Positions 1 to 9,220 of a stretch of DNA of 64,000 bases are shown one piece after another. Every line of letters starts with the position of its first letter. Position 1 is the stretch's first letter. Source of the DNA: Spirochaetia bacterium (GTDB taxonomy: Bacteria; Spirochaetota; Spirochaetia; DAHUYW01); NCBI GenBank assembly GCA_030041455.1, contig JASHNV010000146.1, positions 10,174-74,173 on the forward strand, in the 5' to 3' direction. The notes under the pieces are model-generated. The model searched no databases, was not told where the DNA came from, and was given only the letters and a program-made list of their open reading frames with translations. The position numbers and the translations under genes were made by a program.

Positions 1-471
1 CTTGTCGGGCGTGCGGTTTCTCCCGCTTTCTTCCATGAAGACGAGCGGGCAGTAATTCGCGACGAAATGATCGGCGAAGAAGGCCGACGCGCTTCCGAAG
101 CGCTCGCGCATCAGGGTCCAGACGCGCCGCCCGCTCACCTCGCTTCGCGCGCAGCGGAACCCTTCGATCGGGCGGGCGGGGTGCTCGGCCGGCGGGCGGC
201 CCACCGGCTCCTCGATCCCCATCCAGTCGCGGACCGCCGCGACCTCGCCGAAAGGCACGCCGGTCTGCGCCATGCCCCAGGGTCCGGGGTTCATGCCGAC
301 GAAGACCACCCGCTTCGGCGCCCCGCCGTAGCGGTCGAGGTAGGCCTCGTGGGCCGAGCGCGCGTAGACGAGGGGATTGTAGACGAAGGCGACAGGCGGC
401 GCGAAGTCGAGCAGATCGACGGCGGCCGAGAGACGGCGCGAGGCGCCGACGAGAGAGGAGGCGCGCCTCAC
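1..471 (-). CDS. SMUG1-like uracil-DNA glycosylase (UDG family 3), N-terminal 157 codons; the gene runs off the window start
   Basis: Minus-strand translation from GTG at 471 (GGGAG about 5 nt upstream) gives ...VVFVGMNPGPWGMAQTGVPFGEV..., the hallmark GMNPGPxGMAQTGVPFG motif of SMUG1-type glycosylases. The frame stays open to position 1. It is absent from the ORF track because it is truncated. Confidence 0.55.
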   Translation of the reverse strand, partial: MRRASSLVGASRRLSAAVDLLDFAPPVAFVYNPLVYARSAHEAYLDRYGGAPKRVVFVGMNPGPWGMAQTGVPFGEVAAVRDWMGIEEPVGRPPAEHPARPIEGFRCARSEVSGRRVWTLMRERFGSASAFFADHFVANYCPLVFMEESGRNRTPDK

Positions 472-480
472 GCTCTCCCT

Positions 481-508
481 TTGCGAATCGCGGTCACGAT
501 GGTATATT
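481..508 (+). promoter_or_regulatory. Putative sigma70-like promoter (TTGCGA-16-TATATT) for the UVR-motif gene
   Basis: -35 TTGCGA at 481-486, 16-nt spacer, -10 TATATT at 503-508 within an AT-rich patch (ggtatattatacc). The ATG at 539 is about 25 nt downstream of the predicted start site. Confidence 0.3.
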
Positions 509-538
509 ATACCGCAATGCGTGAATCGGGGCGCGATC

Positions 539-1282
539 ATGAGTAACGACATCTCGAATATCCTGCGCGATTGGGAATACGACTCCGACAAGTCGATCCG
601 TATCGTCGAGGCCGACGACGGCCGCGAGGTCATCCAGGTGCGCCTTCCCCTGGGCGTCGAGCAATACGAGCTCGACGGCCGCCCCGACGGCCAGCGCCCC
701 TTCGGCAAAAGCACGCTGCTCGAGGAGTTCCAGGAGCGGATTCGCTCGTCGGGCGACGCCTTCAAGCTCACGCACGACGACTTCCTCCTCCTTTCCAACG
801 AAGGCATCATCTTCTACTACCGCTACCTGAGGCTCTTCCAGATCGGCGACTACAAGCGCACGGCCCGCGACACCGACCACAACATGCAGCTCTTCGAGGT
901 GGTCGAGAAGTACGCCGAGGACGACGAGGACCGCACGATGCTGCTGCAGTACAAGCCGTACGTCCTGCGCATGAACGCCATCTCGAAGGCCATGCTCTTT
1001 CTCCACCAGCACCTGAAGACCGCGGCGCGCGAGATCCTCGAAAGCGCGATCGAGAGCATCCGAAGCCTTCCCGAGGTCGACACGCCCTCGTTCCAATTCG
1101 AGCGCATCCGCTCCCTCGATTATCTCGAGTCGGCGCTCAAGCAGGTCCACGAGAAACGGAGCGACCCGGTCGAGGGCCTGAAGGGCGAGCTCGAGAAGGC
1201 GATCGAGAACGAGGACTACGAGCGCGCGGCCCAGATCAGGGACCAGATCGGCGAGCGGCTGCGGGAGCCCGAGGGCGACTGA
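539..1282 (+). CDS. Hypothetical protein with C-terminal UvrB/UvrC (UVR) motif
   Basis: ORF 521..1282; ATG at 539 (MSNDISN...) preferred over GTG 521. Realistic composition. C-terminal ...ENEDYERAAQIRDQIGERL matches the UVR domain signature. Divergent from the SMUG1-like gene. Confidence 0.6.
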   Translation: MSNDISNILRDWEYDSDKSIRIVEADDGREVIQVRLPLGVEQYELDGRPDGQRPFGKSTLLEEFQERIRSSGDAFKLTHDDFLLLSNEGIIFYYRYLRLFQIGDYKRTARDTDHNMQLFEVVEKYAEDDEDRTMLLQYKPYVLRMNAISKAMLFLHQHLKTAAREILESAIESIRSLPEVDTPSFQFERIRSLDYLESALKQVHEKRSDPVEGLKGELEKAIENEDYERAAQIRDQIGERLREPEGD

Positions 1283-1331
1283 AGCCTGAAAGCGCTTGAT
1301 CAAGCTCCGTCGCCGGGATACCGTACGCGGC

Positions 1332-2144
1332 ATGAGACGCGCCGAGCGGAACGCGAGCTTCTCCCTGCGGTACGGCCCGTGGGCGGTCGTCCTCGGCGCG
1401 AGCGCCGGCCTCGGGGCGGCCTACGCGCGCGAGCTAGCCGCGAGAGGGCTCTCGATCGTCCTCGTCGCGCGCCGAGCCGAGCCGCTCTCGGCCCTCGCCG
1501 CCGAGATCCGCGCGAAGTTCGGCGTCGAGACGCGCGCGGTCGCGCTCGATCTCGGAAGCCCGGAGGTTCTCGCCGCGCTCGAGCGCGAGACGCGGAATCT
1601 CGACGTGGGGCTTGCCGTCTACAACGCGGCGAGTGTGGACATCGGGCCCTTTCTCGACGGTAGCCTTTCCGACCACCTCCGGGCGATCGACGTCAATTGT
1701 CGGGGACCGGTCGCCGTCGCCCATCACTTCGGCGGGAGGATGCGCGAGCGCGGCAGGGGAGGGATCGTGCTCATGTCCTCGCTCACGGCGTTCGGCGGAT
1801 CGCCCTACCTTGCGACCTACGGCGCCTCCAAGGCCTTCAATCTGATCTTCGCCGAGGGGATCGGCTACGAGCTCAGGAGGCTCGGAATCGACGTCACCGT
1901 CTGTTGCGCCGGGGCGACGCGGACTCCCGGCTACGAGGCTTCGGCGCCGCCGAAGGGCGCCTTCCCTCCGGTGATGGAGCCCGAGGCCGTCGTCCGCTCA
2001 GTGCTCCGCGCGCTCGGGCGGAGGACGGTCCTCGTCCCCGGCGGGGTGAACCGCGCGCTCAGCGCGCTCATGCGGCGGCTCCTACCGCGAGCCGCTGCGG
2101 TCGAGATCATGGGCGGAGCGGTGAGGGGCCTCGAAGGCACGTGA
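1332..2144 (+). CDS. Short-chain dehydrogenase/reductase (SDR)
   Basis: Gly-rich cofactor motif VVLGASAGLGAAYA near the N-terminus and a catalytic YGASKAF (YxxxK). ATG 1332 preferred; TTG 1296 is an alternative. The stop overlaps the next gene's start (GTGA). Confidence 0.7.
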   Translation: MRRAERNASFSLRYGPWAVVLGASAGLGAAYARELAARGLSIVLVARRAEPLSALAAEIRAKFGVETRAVALDLGSPEVLAALERETRNLDVGLAVYNAASVDIGPFLDGSLSDHLRAIDVNCRGPVAVAHHFGGRMRERGRGGIVLMSSLTAFGGSPYLATYGASKAFNLIFAEGIGYELRRLGIDVTVCCAGATRTPGYEASAPPKGAFPPVMEPEAVVRSVLRALGRRTVLVPGGVNRALSALMRRLLPRAAAVEIMGGAVRGLEGT

Positions 2145-4171
2145 GCGGCGCCGAAGAGGATCCTAGGCGCGGGCGGGCGGCCGCGCCCGATCGGAGGCTC
2201 CGCCTCGTGCGCGCGATCCTGTGGGACGAGCTCGAGCTTCGGCCGACGATCCAGATCAAGCTCGGGACCCGCCGCCGCCTCGATCCGCTCCGGCCGGTCG
2301 AGGGCTCGCGGCCCGGCAGGCCGCGCTACCGCGGCCAAGAGGTGGAGCTTGAGGGCCGATGGGAGGAGCTCGACGGGGGCGGGAGCCTCCTTCGGCTGCG
2401 GCTCGTAAACCGCGCGTCCGAGTCGATCCGCGTCACCCGGCTCACCTTCCCCACCGAGAACGGCTTGGCCGCCTTCATCGGAGATTTCCGTCCCGAGAAG
2501 ATCTCCTTCATGCGAAACGGCTACCAATCGTGGTCGACCGCGCGGAGCTATCGCCTTCGCGAGAAGCCGCTGAGACCCTGGCTGCTTCTCGTCTCGAGCG
2601 CTTCGAGCAACCTCGCGAACCTTCCCTCCAACCATCCCGGGATCCTCTCCTCGGAGATGTACTCGGTCATCACCGACGCCGAGCGCGGACAGTCGTTTCT
2701 CGTGGGCCAGGGCGCCCCGTTCAACCAGTTCCTCTACATCAAGCTGAACCTGTACCGCGGGCGGAAGAGAACGTCGCACTTCGAGCTGCAGTACGATTTC
2801 GGGCGCAGGATGATCGAGCCCGGCGAGCGGATCGAGCTCGACCGGATCGTCATGATGAAGGGCGAGACTCACGCCCTCATGGCGCGGTACTTCGCGCTCG
2901 TGAAAAGCGAGATGCGCCTCCGCCGTCCCGGGAAGAACGTCCGCGGATGGTGCACCTGGTACTCCTACCACAATCGGATCACGCCGGAGGCGATTCTCCG
3001 GAACGTCGAGATCATCGCGAGCCGGAAGCTCGACATCGACGTCATCCAAATCGACGACGGCTACCAGCGTCACGTCGGAGACTGGCTCGACCCCGCAGAC
3101 CCCTTCAAGGGGCGCATGCGCGAGCTCGCCGACCGCATCCGGGAGGCGGGCTACCGCCCCGGGATCTGGATCGCGCCCTTCGCCGCGAGCCTGACCTCCG
3201 ACCTCCTCCGGCACCATCCGGATTACGTGTCGCGAACCGAGCGGGGTAAGCCGATCGTCTGCGGCTACGCGCCTTTCTGGCGAGGACGACTCTACTACGG
3301 GCTGGACATCACCAACCCCCGCTTCGCCGAGTACATCCGGCGCGTGATCCGGACCATCGTGCGCGAGTGGGGCTTCACCTACCTGAAATGCGACTTTCTC
3401 TTCACCGGGGCGCTCCGCGAGTCCGACCCGCGGGACATCGGCCGCTCCCGGGCGGAGATCCTGCGGGAGGGGATGCGAATGATCCGCGAGGAGGCGGGAG
3501 CCGGCGTCACGATCGTCGGCTGCGGGATGCCGCTCTCGACGGGAATCGGCGCCGTCGACGCGATGCGGATCGGGCCCGACACCGGGCCCTTCTGGATCAA
3601 GCGCGTGGGCAGGCTCCTTCGCACCGGCGCGATGGTCGGCGTCCGCAACTCGATGCGAAACGTCATGGTGCGGAGCGCGATGAACAAGAACCTCTGGCTG
3701 AACGACCCCGACTGCCTCATGGTGAGGAAGGCGCGGACCTCCCTGAGCCCGGAGGAGCGGATGAGCCAAATCAACGCCATCATCCTCTCGGGAGGGGCGC
3801 TCGTCTTCAGCGACGATTTCTCAAGCTTGTCGGCCGACGCGATGGAAGAGGCCGCGAAGATCGGCAGGCTGAGCAACGCCTGCTTTCGAGGCACGGCGGT
3901 CGCGGTCGACCTCATGGAGCGCGAGATCCCCCAGATCTTCTACAACACGGCGGGCTTCCTCGGGCTCTTCAATCCCACCGAGCGCCGTCAGACGATCGAG
4001 GTACGGCTCGAGACGCTCCCCTGGGCGAAGGGGCGCTACGCGCACATCGTGCCGTACGACGTCTGGTCGGGCCGGCCCTATCCTCTCCGGGACGGCTCCA
4101 CCCTCGTCGCCCACCGCATGCCCCGGCACTCCTCGATCCTCCTCACGCTCCGCGGGATGCCCTTTCCCTGA
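2141..4171 (+). CDS. Alpha-galactosidase-like glycoside hydrolase (GH36/melibiase family)
   Basis: Motifs GWCTWYSYHNRI, IDVIQIDDGYQ, IWIAPF and YLKCDF(LF) typical of GH36/GH27 alpha-galactosidases. The track ORF from 1697 overlaps the SDR gene. GTG at 2141 overlaps the SDR stop (GTGA); GTG 2207 is an alternative start. Confidence 0.6.
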   Translation: MSGAEEDPRRGRAAAPDRRLRLVRAILWDELELRPTIQIKLGTRRRLDPLRPVEGSRPGRPRYRGQEVELEGRWEELDGGGSLLRLRLVNRASESIRVTRLTFPTENGLAAFIGDFRPEKISFMRNGYQSWSTARSYRLREKPLRPWLLLVSSASSNLANLPSNHPGILSSEMYSVITDAERGQSFLVGQGAPFNQFLYIKLNLYRGRKRTSHFELQYDFGRRMIEPGERIELDRIVMMKGETHALMARYFALVKSEMRLRRPGKNVRGWCTWYSYHNRITPEAILRNVEIIASRKLDIDVIQIDDGYQRHVGDWLDPADPFKGRMRELADRIREAGYRPGIWIAPFAASLTSDLLRHHPDYVSRTERGKPIVCGYAPFWRGRLYYGLDITNPRFAEYIRRVIRTIVREWGFTYLKCDFLFTGALRESDPRDIGRSRAEILREGMRMIREEAGAGVTIVGCGMPLSTGIGAVDAMRIGPDTGPFWIKRVGRLLRTGAMVGVRNSMRNVMVRSAMNKNLWLNDPDCLMVRKARTSLSPEERMSQINAIILSGGALVFSDDFSSLSADAMEEAAKIGRLSNACFRGTAVAVDLMEREIPQIFYNTAGFLGLFNPTERRQTIEVRLETLPWAKGRYAHIVPYDVWSGRPYPLRDGSTLVAHRMPRHSSILLTLRGMPFP

Positions 4172-4485
4172 CTGACGAGGCGAAGGTCGCAGGAAGGGAG
4201 CCCGGCTCTTCGTGGCCGGCGCTCCCCGGGTGCCCGGCCGGGCACGGAACGCCCTCGTGAGCCGGGCCGACGCGGTCGCCTGCGCCCGAGCTCCGCGACG
4301 CGCAATTCCTTCGAGGCGGACTCAGGCGATCCGGCGCGGGGACCGTCCTGTCGCCGCGCTCCGTCTCTTGTCGCCTTCGACCTCTCGCCCGCGCGGAGCC
4401 TCGGACGTCCGGTGCCGTCGTCAGGAACGGCGACTCGCGTCGCCCGATCGGCTTTTCCGTCGCGGTCTCGCCCAAGGACTCCGGC

Positions 4486-5883
4486 TCATACGGCCACGTA
4501 CTCGATCCCGAGCTGCCTGCACAGGAGCTTCCAGCGCCGGGTCTGGTCGCCGAGGTTCATGACCTGGTGATGGGTGCCGCCGTTCGCGAGCCATCCGTCC
4601 AGGCAGGCGCGCACGCCGGTCTCGGGACGGAAGTGGAAATAGGGCATCTCGACGTGGACGAGCTCGGGGGTGTCGAGAACCTCGCCGCGCGCGACGACCG
4701 CGCGGTACTTTCCGCCGTCGAGGGAGACGAGGGAGACGAGGGTCGCCGGACCCGGCTGCGCCATGAACAGGACCGTCGGCGGGTTGTCGAGCTTGCCGAT
4801 CCCGAGGGGGCGGTCGATGAGGCGAACCGGCCGGTCCTTGCGGGCGACCTTCCAGTTGCCCTCCCCCATGTGGCTCTGGAGCGACGAATTGAGGGTGAAG
4901 TCCATCGCGTACATCTCGGTGAAGTGGGCGTCGCCCGCGAGGACCTGGCCCGCGGTCACGGCGACGGCCGAGCACGTGTCGCCCTCGGCCGAGTAGCCGT
5001 AGCCCTCGGCCATCAGGTTGGAAGCGGCCATCATGTGAATCTGCTTGAAGCGTCCGTCGTCGCCCGGCGAGTTGAAGTAGATGGAGAAGCCGTCGAAATC
5101 GCCCTCTTCGAGCATGCGCTTGATCGCGACCTGGAAGCGCGCGGCGTACCGGTGGTTGGAGTCCTGAAGCTTCGGATCGATCTGAAAGTTCTTCCGGTTC
5201 TCCGCGACGACCTTGTCGACGTCGGCGTCGCTCACCTTCTCGAAGAGCTTGTGGATCGCGCCCATCGCCACCTGGTCGACCTGGGGGCCGAGGCGCTTCA
5301 TCAAGGCGGCGTGGTCGGTCAGGATGTCGCCCATGCCGGGCATCTGGCCGACCGCCGCGATGCGCATCGTCTGCATCGCGCGCGCAGTCTGCGCCGCGCG
5401 GCCCCAGTCGCCGACGAACGCGCGGAAGGCATCCGACCTCCAGTCGTCGGAGATCACCGGACAGGGAATCCCCCAGCGGAGGATCGCGTTCGCGGTGTCC
5501 TGCGCCCCGTGGATGCCCTGGTTGTAGGTGAGATCGTCCATGTTCCAGTTCGCGCCGACCGACGGCTCGGGCTGAATGTTGGCGAGCATGATCGGGAGGC
5601 GGTTCGCCCTCAGCGCGTTGTACAGCCGCAGCCCCGGACTGTAGGTGAGCATGAAGATCATGATCCCGTCGTAATCGCCGCGGTTGAACTCCTCGACGTA
5701 GCGCTCGATGTCGGCTCGATTGCGCGCGGCGCCGGGGAAGTGGGGATCGACCACGCTCTTGAGCTCCGCGGCGACCGAGCGCGCGTAGCTCTCCTGGTGC
5801 TTCGTAATCCCAGGTATCATCTCGTCGTAGAGCTCCTGCATGATGCCGAGGAGCGCAATCTTCGGTTTTCTGTTCGCTTTCAT
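4486..5883 (-). CDS. araA: L-arabinose isomerase
   Basis: From MKANRKPKIALLGIMQELYDE... with GGAGG 7 nt upstream of ATG 5883 (the track ORF begins further upstream at 6018). Motifs MAEGYGYSAEGD and C-terminal GGTHHQVMNLGD...LGIEYV align with AraA. About 465 aa. Last gene of the ara operon. Confidence 0.8.
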   Translation of the reverse strand: MKANRKPKIALLGIMQELYDEMIPGITKHQESYARSVAAELKSVVDPHFPGAARNRADIERYVEEFNRGDYDGIMIFMLTYSPGLRLYNALRANRLPIMLANIQPEPSVGANWNMDDLTYNQGIHGAQDTANAILRWGIPCPVISDDWRSDAFRAFVGDWGRAAQTARAMQTMRIAAVGQMPGMGDILTDHAALMKRLGPQVDQVAMGAIHKLFEKVSDADVDKVVAENRKNFQIDPKLQDSNHRYAARFQVAIKRMLEEGDFDGFSIYFNSPGDDGRFKQIHMMAASNLMAEGYGYSAEGDTCSAVAVTAGQVLAGDAHFTEMYAMDFTLNSSLQSHMGEGNWKVARKDRPVRLIDRPLGIGKLDNPPTVLFMAQPGPATLVSLVSLDGGKYRAVVARGEVLDTPELVHVEMPYFHFRPETGVRACLDGWLANGGTHHQVMNLGDQTRRWKLLCRQLGIEYVAV

Positions 5884-5965
5884 CCTGACCTCCGAAAACA
5901 AGGTACCTATTCTATCGCGAAAACGCCCGCTCGGCGCAGACAACGCAGGCCGTGCCGGGACGCGC

Positions 5966-6808
5966 TTAACTCTTGACGGCTCCCGAGGTGAGCCCCTCGA
6001 CGAGCCGCGTCTGGACAAACGAGAAGAGGAGAATCGTCGGAACGATCGTGAGGACGGTCGCGGCGGCGACCTGCCCCCAGCGGAGAATGAGCGCGCTTCC
6101 GAGGCGCTGGAGCGCGAGGGTAAGCGTCGAGGTTCGCTGGCTCTGGGAGATGACCGAGACCACGAGATAGTCGCCCCAGGACACGACGAACGCGTAGAAG
6201 GCCGCCACCATGATCCCCGGCGCCGAGATCGGAAGGACGATGCGGGAAAGCGTCTGGAACAGGTTGCAGCCGTCGATCCGGGCGGAATCTTCGATGTCCT
6301 TCGGCAGGTTGTCGAAGTATCCCTTGAGCATCCACACGGCGAAGGGCAGCACGAGCATGAGCTGGCCGAGGGCGACGCCGACGATCGTGTTGAACAGCCC
6401 GATGGCGAAGATGACCGTGTAGATCGGAATGAGGAGCAGCACCACCGGAAACATCTGCATCGAGAAGACGCCCATGATGTAGGCGTTCTTGCCCCTCAGG
6501 GGGTAGCGGCTGAGCCCGTAGGCGCCGGGGATCGAGAGGAGCATCGACGCGGCGGTCACGACGAGGCCGAGGCGCAGCGAGTTCCAGAAGTAGACCGGAA
6601 AGTCGGTGACCGAGAGGACCGTCTTGTAGTTGTCGACCGTGAAGTCCTTCGCCGCGGTGTAGATCTTCGCGCTGAAGATCGCTTCGGGGGTGCGGAACGA
6701 GCTGTAGGCGATCCACAGCATGGGCGTGATGAAGAACAGGAACGCGACGACGCAGACGAGGTAGGTGAGCACGTAGCGGAAGGTTCTTCGCTGTCGCTTC
6801 GTCAACAT
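5966..6808 (-). CDS. ABC sugar transporter permease (AraQ/MalG-like)
   Basis: Six TM segments with the EAA-type loop ...IEDSARIDGCNLFQTLSRIVLPISAPG... ATG at 6808. The stop of the upstream permease is 4 nt away. Confidence 0.8.
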   Translation of the reverse strand: MLTKRQRRTFRYVLTYLVCVVAFLFFITPMLWIAYSSFRTPEAIFSAKIYTAAKDFTVDNYKTVLSVTDFPVYFWNSLRLGLVVTAASMLLSIPGAYGLSRYPLRGKNAYIMGVFSMQMFPVVLLLIPIYTVIFAIGLFNTIVGVALGQLMLVLPFAVWMLKGYFDNLPKDIEDSARIDGCNLFQTLSRIVLPISAPGIMVAAFYAFVVSWGDYLVVSVISQSQRTSTLTLALQRLGSALILRWGQVAAATVLTIVPTILLFSFVQTRLVEGLTSGAVKS

Positions 6809-6811
6809 GGT

Positions 6812-7687
6812 TCAGGTCTCCCGCCGCTCGTAGATGCGGATGTAAACGACGAAATAGATCATGAGGACGACGAACATGACGACGCCGATGCTCGAGGCGT
6901 ATCCCACGCTGTAGCTCTGCCAGGCCTGGAGGTACAGGTAGACCGGCAGCACCTCGGTGGCGTAGACGGGGCCGCCCCCCGTCGAGAGGTAGACCATGTC
7001 GAAATTGTTGAAGGTCCACAGAACGTGAATGGTCACCATCACGATCATCATGTTGCGCACCCCCGGCACCGTGACGTGAACAAAGCTCCGCCAGGGGCCG
7101 GCGCCGTCGATCTCCGCCGCCTCGTAGGTCGTGTGGGGGATCGCCTGAATCGCGGCGAGGAAGGCGATCCCGTAGAACGGCACGTTTCGCCAGAGGTGAA
7201 GGAGGATGATCACGGGGAAGGCGAGCTGGAGGTCGCCGAACCAGAAGTTGTTCGCCTTGATGCCGAGCGCGTGGAGGACGATGTTGTAGAAGCCGTATCC
7301 CGGCTCCACCATGAACTGGAAGATGATCGCGGTCGCGGCGACCGGGATCACCCAGCTTGCCATGATGATGCTGCGAACGAAGCGGATGCCGGGCACCTCC
7401 TGCTTCAGGGCGAGCGCCAGGATCAACCCGAGCACGAGCTGCAGCACGACGACCGACGCGGTGAGGACGAGCGAGTGGAGGAAGGCGCCCCAAAAGATCG
7501 GGTCGTGCGCGAGCTTGACGTAGCTCTGGAGCCCGATCCAGTGCTCGCCCTTGTTGAGGAGATTCGAGTCGGTGAAGGAGAGCCTGAAACCCTCGATGAG
7601 CGGCAGCACCGAGAAGAGCGCCATGACGACGAGGGTCGGCATGATGAGAGGCAGGCCGCTGTTCTCCTTGATGAATCGCGCCTTCAC
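6812..7687 (-). CDS. ABC sugar transporter permease (AraP/MalF-like)
   Basis: Hydrophobic permease with EAAEIDGAGPWRSFVHVTVP. GTG at 7687 (VKARFIKE...) has a GGAGGGGG SD 8 nt upstream. The track's TTG 7711 has no SD. Confidence 0.75.
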   Translation of the reverse strand: MKARFIKENSGLPLIMPTLVVMALFSVLPLIEGFRLSFTDSNLLNKGEHWIGLQSYVKLAHDPIFWGAFLHSLVLTASVVVLQLVLGLILALALKQEVPGIRFVRSIIMASWVIPVAATAIIFQFMVEPGYGFYNIVLHALGIKANNFWFGDLQLAFPVIILLHLWRNVPFYGIAFLAAIQAIPHTTYEAAEIDGAGPWRSFVHVTVPGVRNMMIVMVTIHVLWTFNNFDMVYLSTGGGPVYATEVLPVYLYLQAWQSYSVGYASSIGVVMFVVLMIYFVVYIRIYERRET

Positions 7688-7773
7688 GTTGGAACCCCCT
7701 CCGGGCGACAAAGAGACGGGCGGCGGCGGCCGGAAAAGGCGGCCGCCGCGCGCCCGATGGGATCGTCGAATTG

Positions 7774-9114
7774 CTAGATCGTGCCCGCCGTGATGAGACC
7801 GGTCACCGTGTCATGCAGCCACTGCGCCGCGTCCTGCGGACTCTTCTGGCCGTAGATCACGTAGTTGATCGCGTGCATCTCCGCGTCGGAGACCGGGCCC
7901 CAGTTGATGGGCTCCTGGGCGTGCGCCTGCGGGAGGAGCGCCGCGAACATCTTCAGCCAGTTCCCCAAGGGTCCCTGGAAGACCGGGAGGTCGAGGGAGT
8001 CCGTGCGGGCGGGGATGCCGCCGCTTGAGGCCATCCAGTTGCCCATGTTGTCCTTCGAGGTGATGAACTGAATGAGCTTCCAGGCTCCCGCCTTGTCCTT
8101 GGAGTAGTGGTTCATCATGATGGGCTTCACCTCAAGGTAGGTGCCGGCGGTTCCTCCGGGCGGGATGGGCAGCGCGGTGACGACCGAGTTGTCGAGGATC
8201 GTCGCGGCGGCGGGGTCGCCGTTTCGCCGTCCCCAGAGCCACGGACCTTCCGGAGCCATCGCCCACTTGCCGGACGTGTAGCCGGGATCCTCGCTCGGCC
8301 AGCCGTTTCCGCGCTCGGCCGGGTCGATCGCGGGGGTATCGCCCGCGAAGGCCTGCTGATAGAGGGTGAGGATCTCGGTCAGCTGCGCGATCGTCGGGTT
8401 GTAGGTCTTGGTGCCGCCTGAGATGGTGAACATCGGCTGGCCGCCGCCCACCTGGAACCACCACGAGATGACCTCCTGGGGCGCGCGGGGATCGCCGACC
8501 TTGGTGCACAGGAACAGGCCGTACATCTGCGCGTTCGTCGCCTTCGTGATCGCCTGGCCCTCGCTGATGAGGTCGTTCCACGTCTGCGGCACCGGCAGGT
8601 TGTACTGGGCGAGCACGTCCTTGCGATAGATGAGGCCGCGCGCGTTCGTGTTGTAGGGGATGCCGTAGAGCTTGCCGTCGATCGTGAGGGGCGCGAGCGT
8701 CGCCTGCACGAACTGGTCCTTGTCCGCCCACGCGTTGAAGTAGGAATCGAGCGGCTCGATCAGCCCCTTTTGGACGTAGACGGCCGTGTCTTCAAGGAGT
8801 CCCTCGATCACGTCGGGCGTCCCGCTTGAAGCCTGGATCAGGAACTTGGCGCGCAGAGGGTCGTAGTCGCCGGGTCCGAAGAAGTCGCTCACCGTGTAGC
8901 CGGGAAGCGCGGTCTTCACGTTCGCGAGCCACGTCTTCACGTAGTCGGGCGAGACCTCCTGCGTCACGAACGGCATGTTCCAAAAGGAAAGCGTCCCTCC
9001 GCTCGTGCCGGACGACGAGGCGCTCTCGCTTGTGCCCGTCGCGAACAGCGCGGGCGACGCGATGAACAGCGCCGCGCCGAAACACAGTCCTCCGAAAATC
9101 AGTTTCCTTTTCAT
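7774..9114 (-). CDS. ABC transporter sugar-binding protein, family 1 (AraN-like)
   Basis: ATG 9114 (MKRKLIFGGLCFGAALFIASPALFATG... signal peptide) with AAGGAG upstream. About 446 aa, solute-binding fold. Sits between araD and the permeases. Confidence 0.8.
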   Translation of the reverse strand: MKRKLIFGGLCFGAALFIASPALFATGTSESASSSGTSGGTLSFWNMPFVTQEVSPDYVKTWLANVKTALPGYTVSDFFGPGDYDPLRAKFLIQASSGTPDVIEGLLEDTAVYVQKGLIEPLDSYFNAWADKDQFVQATLAPLTIDGKLYGIPYNTNARGLIYRKDVLAQYNLPVPQTWNDLISEGQAITKATNAQMYGLFLCTKVGDPRAPQEVISWWFQVGGGQPMFTISGGTKTYNPTIAQLTEILTLYQQAFAGDTPAIDPAERGNGWPSEDPGYTSGKWAMAPEGPWLWGRRNGDPAAATILDNSVVTALPIPPGGTAGTYLEVKPIMMNHYSKDKAGAWKLIQFITSKDNMGNWMASSGGIPARTDSLDLPVFQGPLGNWLKMFAALLPQAHAQEPINWGPVSDAEMHAINYVIYGQKSPQDAAQWLHDTVTGLITAGTI

Positions 9115-9220
9115 AATCTTGGTCACACTCCTTGCTTTCGAGATTTCTTCGCACAATGAGACGAGCATCTTCCTTTCCCTTCCCTATCACCTCCCTCCTT
9201 CGCAGCCGGCGGCCGGGCTG

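Noticed and set aside
67-546. 159-aa ORF on the plus strand at the window start
   Set aside because: It is antisense to the SMUG1-like frame, has Arg/Ala/Gly-rich low-complexity composition and no SD.
1697-2140. 5' part of the 824-aa track ORF (alpha-galactosidase frame)
   Set aside because: It overlaps the complete SDR gene in another frame and is Arg-rich. The true start is probably GTG 2141, coupled to the SDR stop.
1931-3769. 612-aa minus-strand ORF, plus the other long Arg/Pro/Gly-rich ORFs (5840-7777 +, 5907-7493 -, 10018-11766 +, 21162-22766 -, 23038-25140 +, 23054-24433 -, 27260-28672 -, 57866-60724 +, 58710-60638 -, 26138-27226 -, 43669-44949 -, 45728-46780 -)
   Set aside because: All lie antisense or out of frame to well-supported genes. 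They have the extreme Arg/Pro/Gly/Ala bias expected from random open frames in 70%-GC DNA and lack SDs.
5884-6018. 45-codon N-terminal extension of the araA track ORF
   Set aside because: It is Ser/Arg/Pro-rich and overlaps the upstream permease. GGAGG precedes the internal ATG at 5883, which gives a canonical AraA N-terminus.
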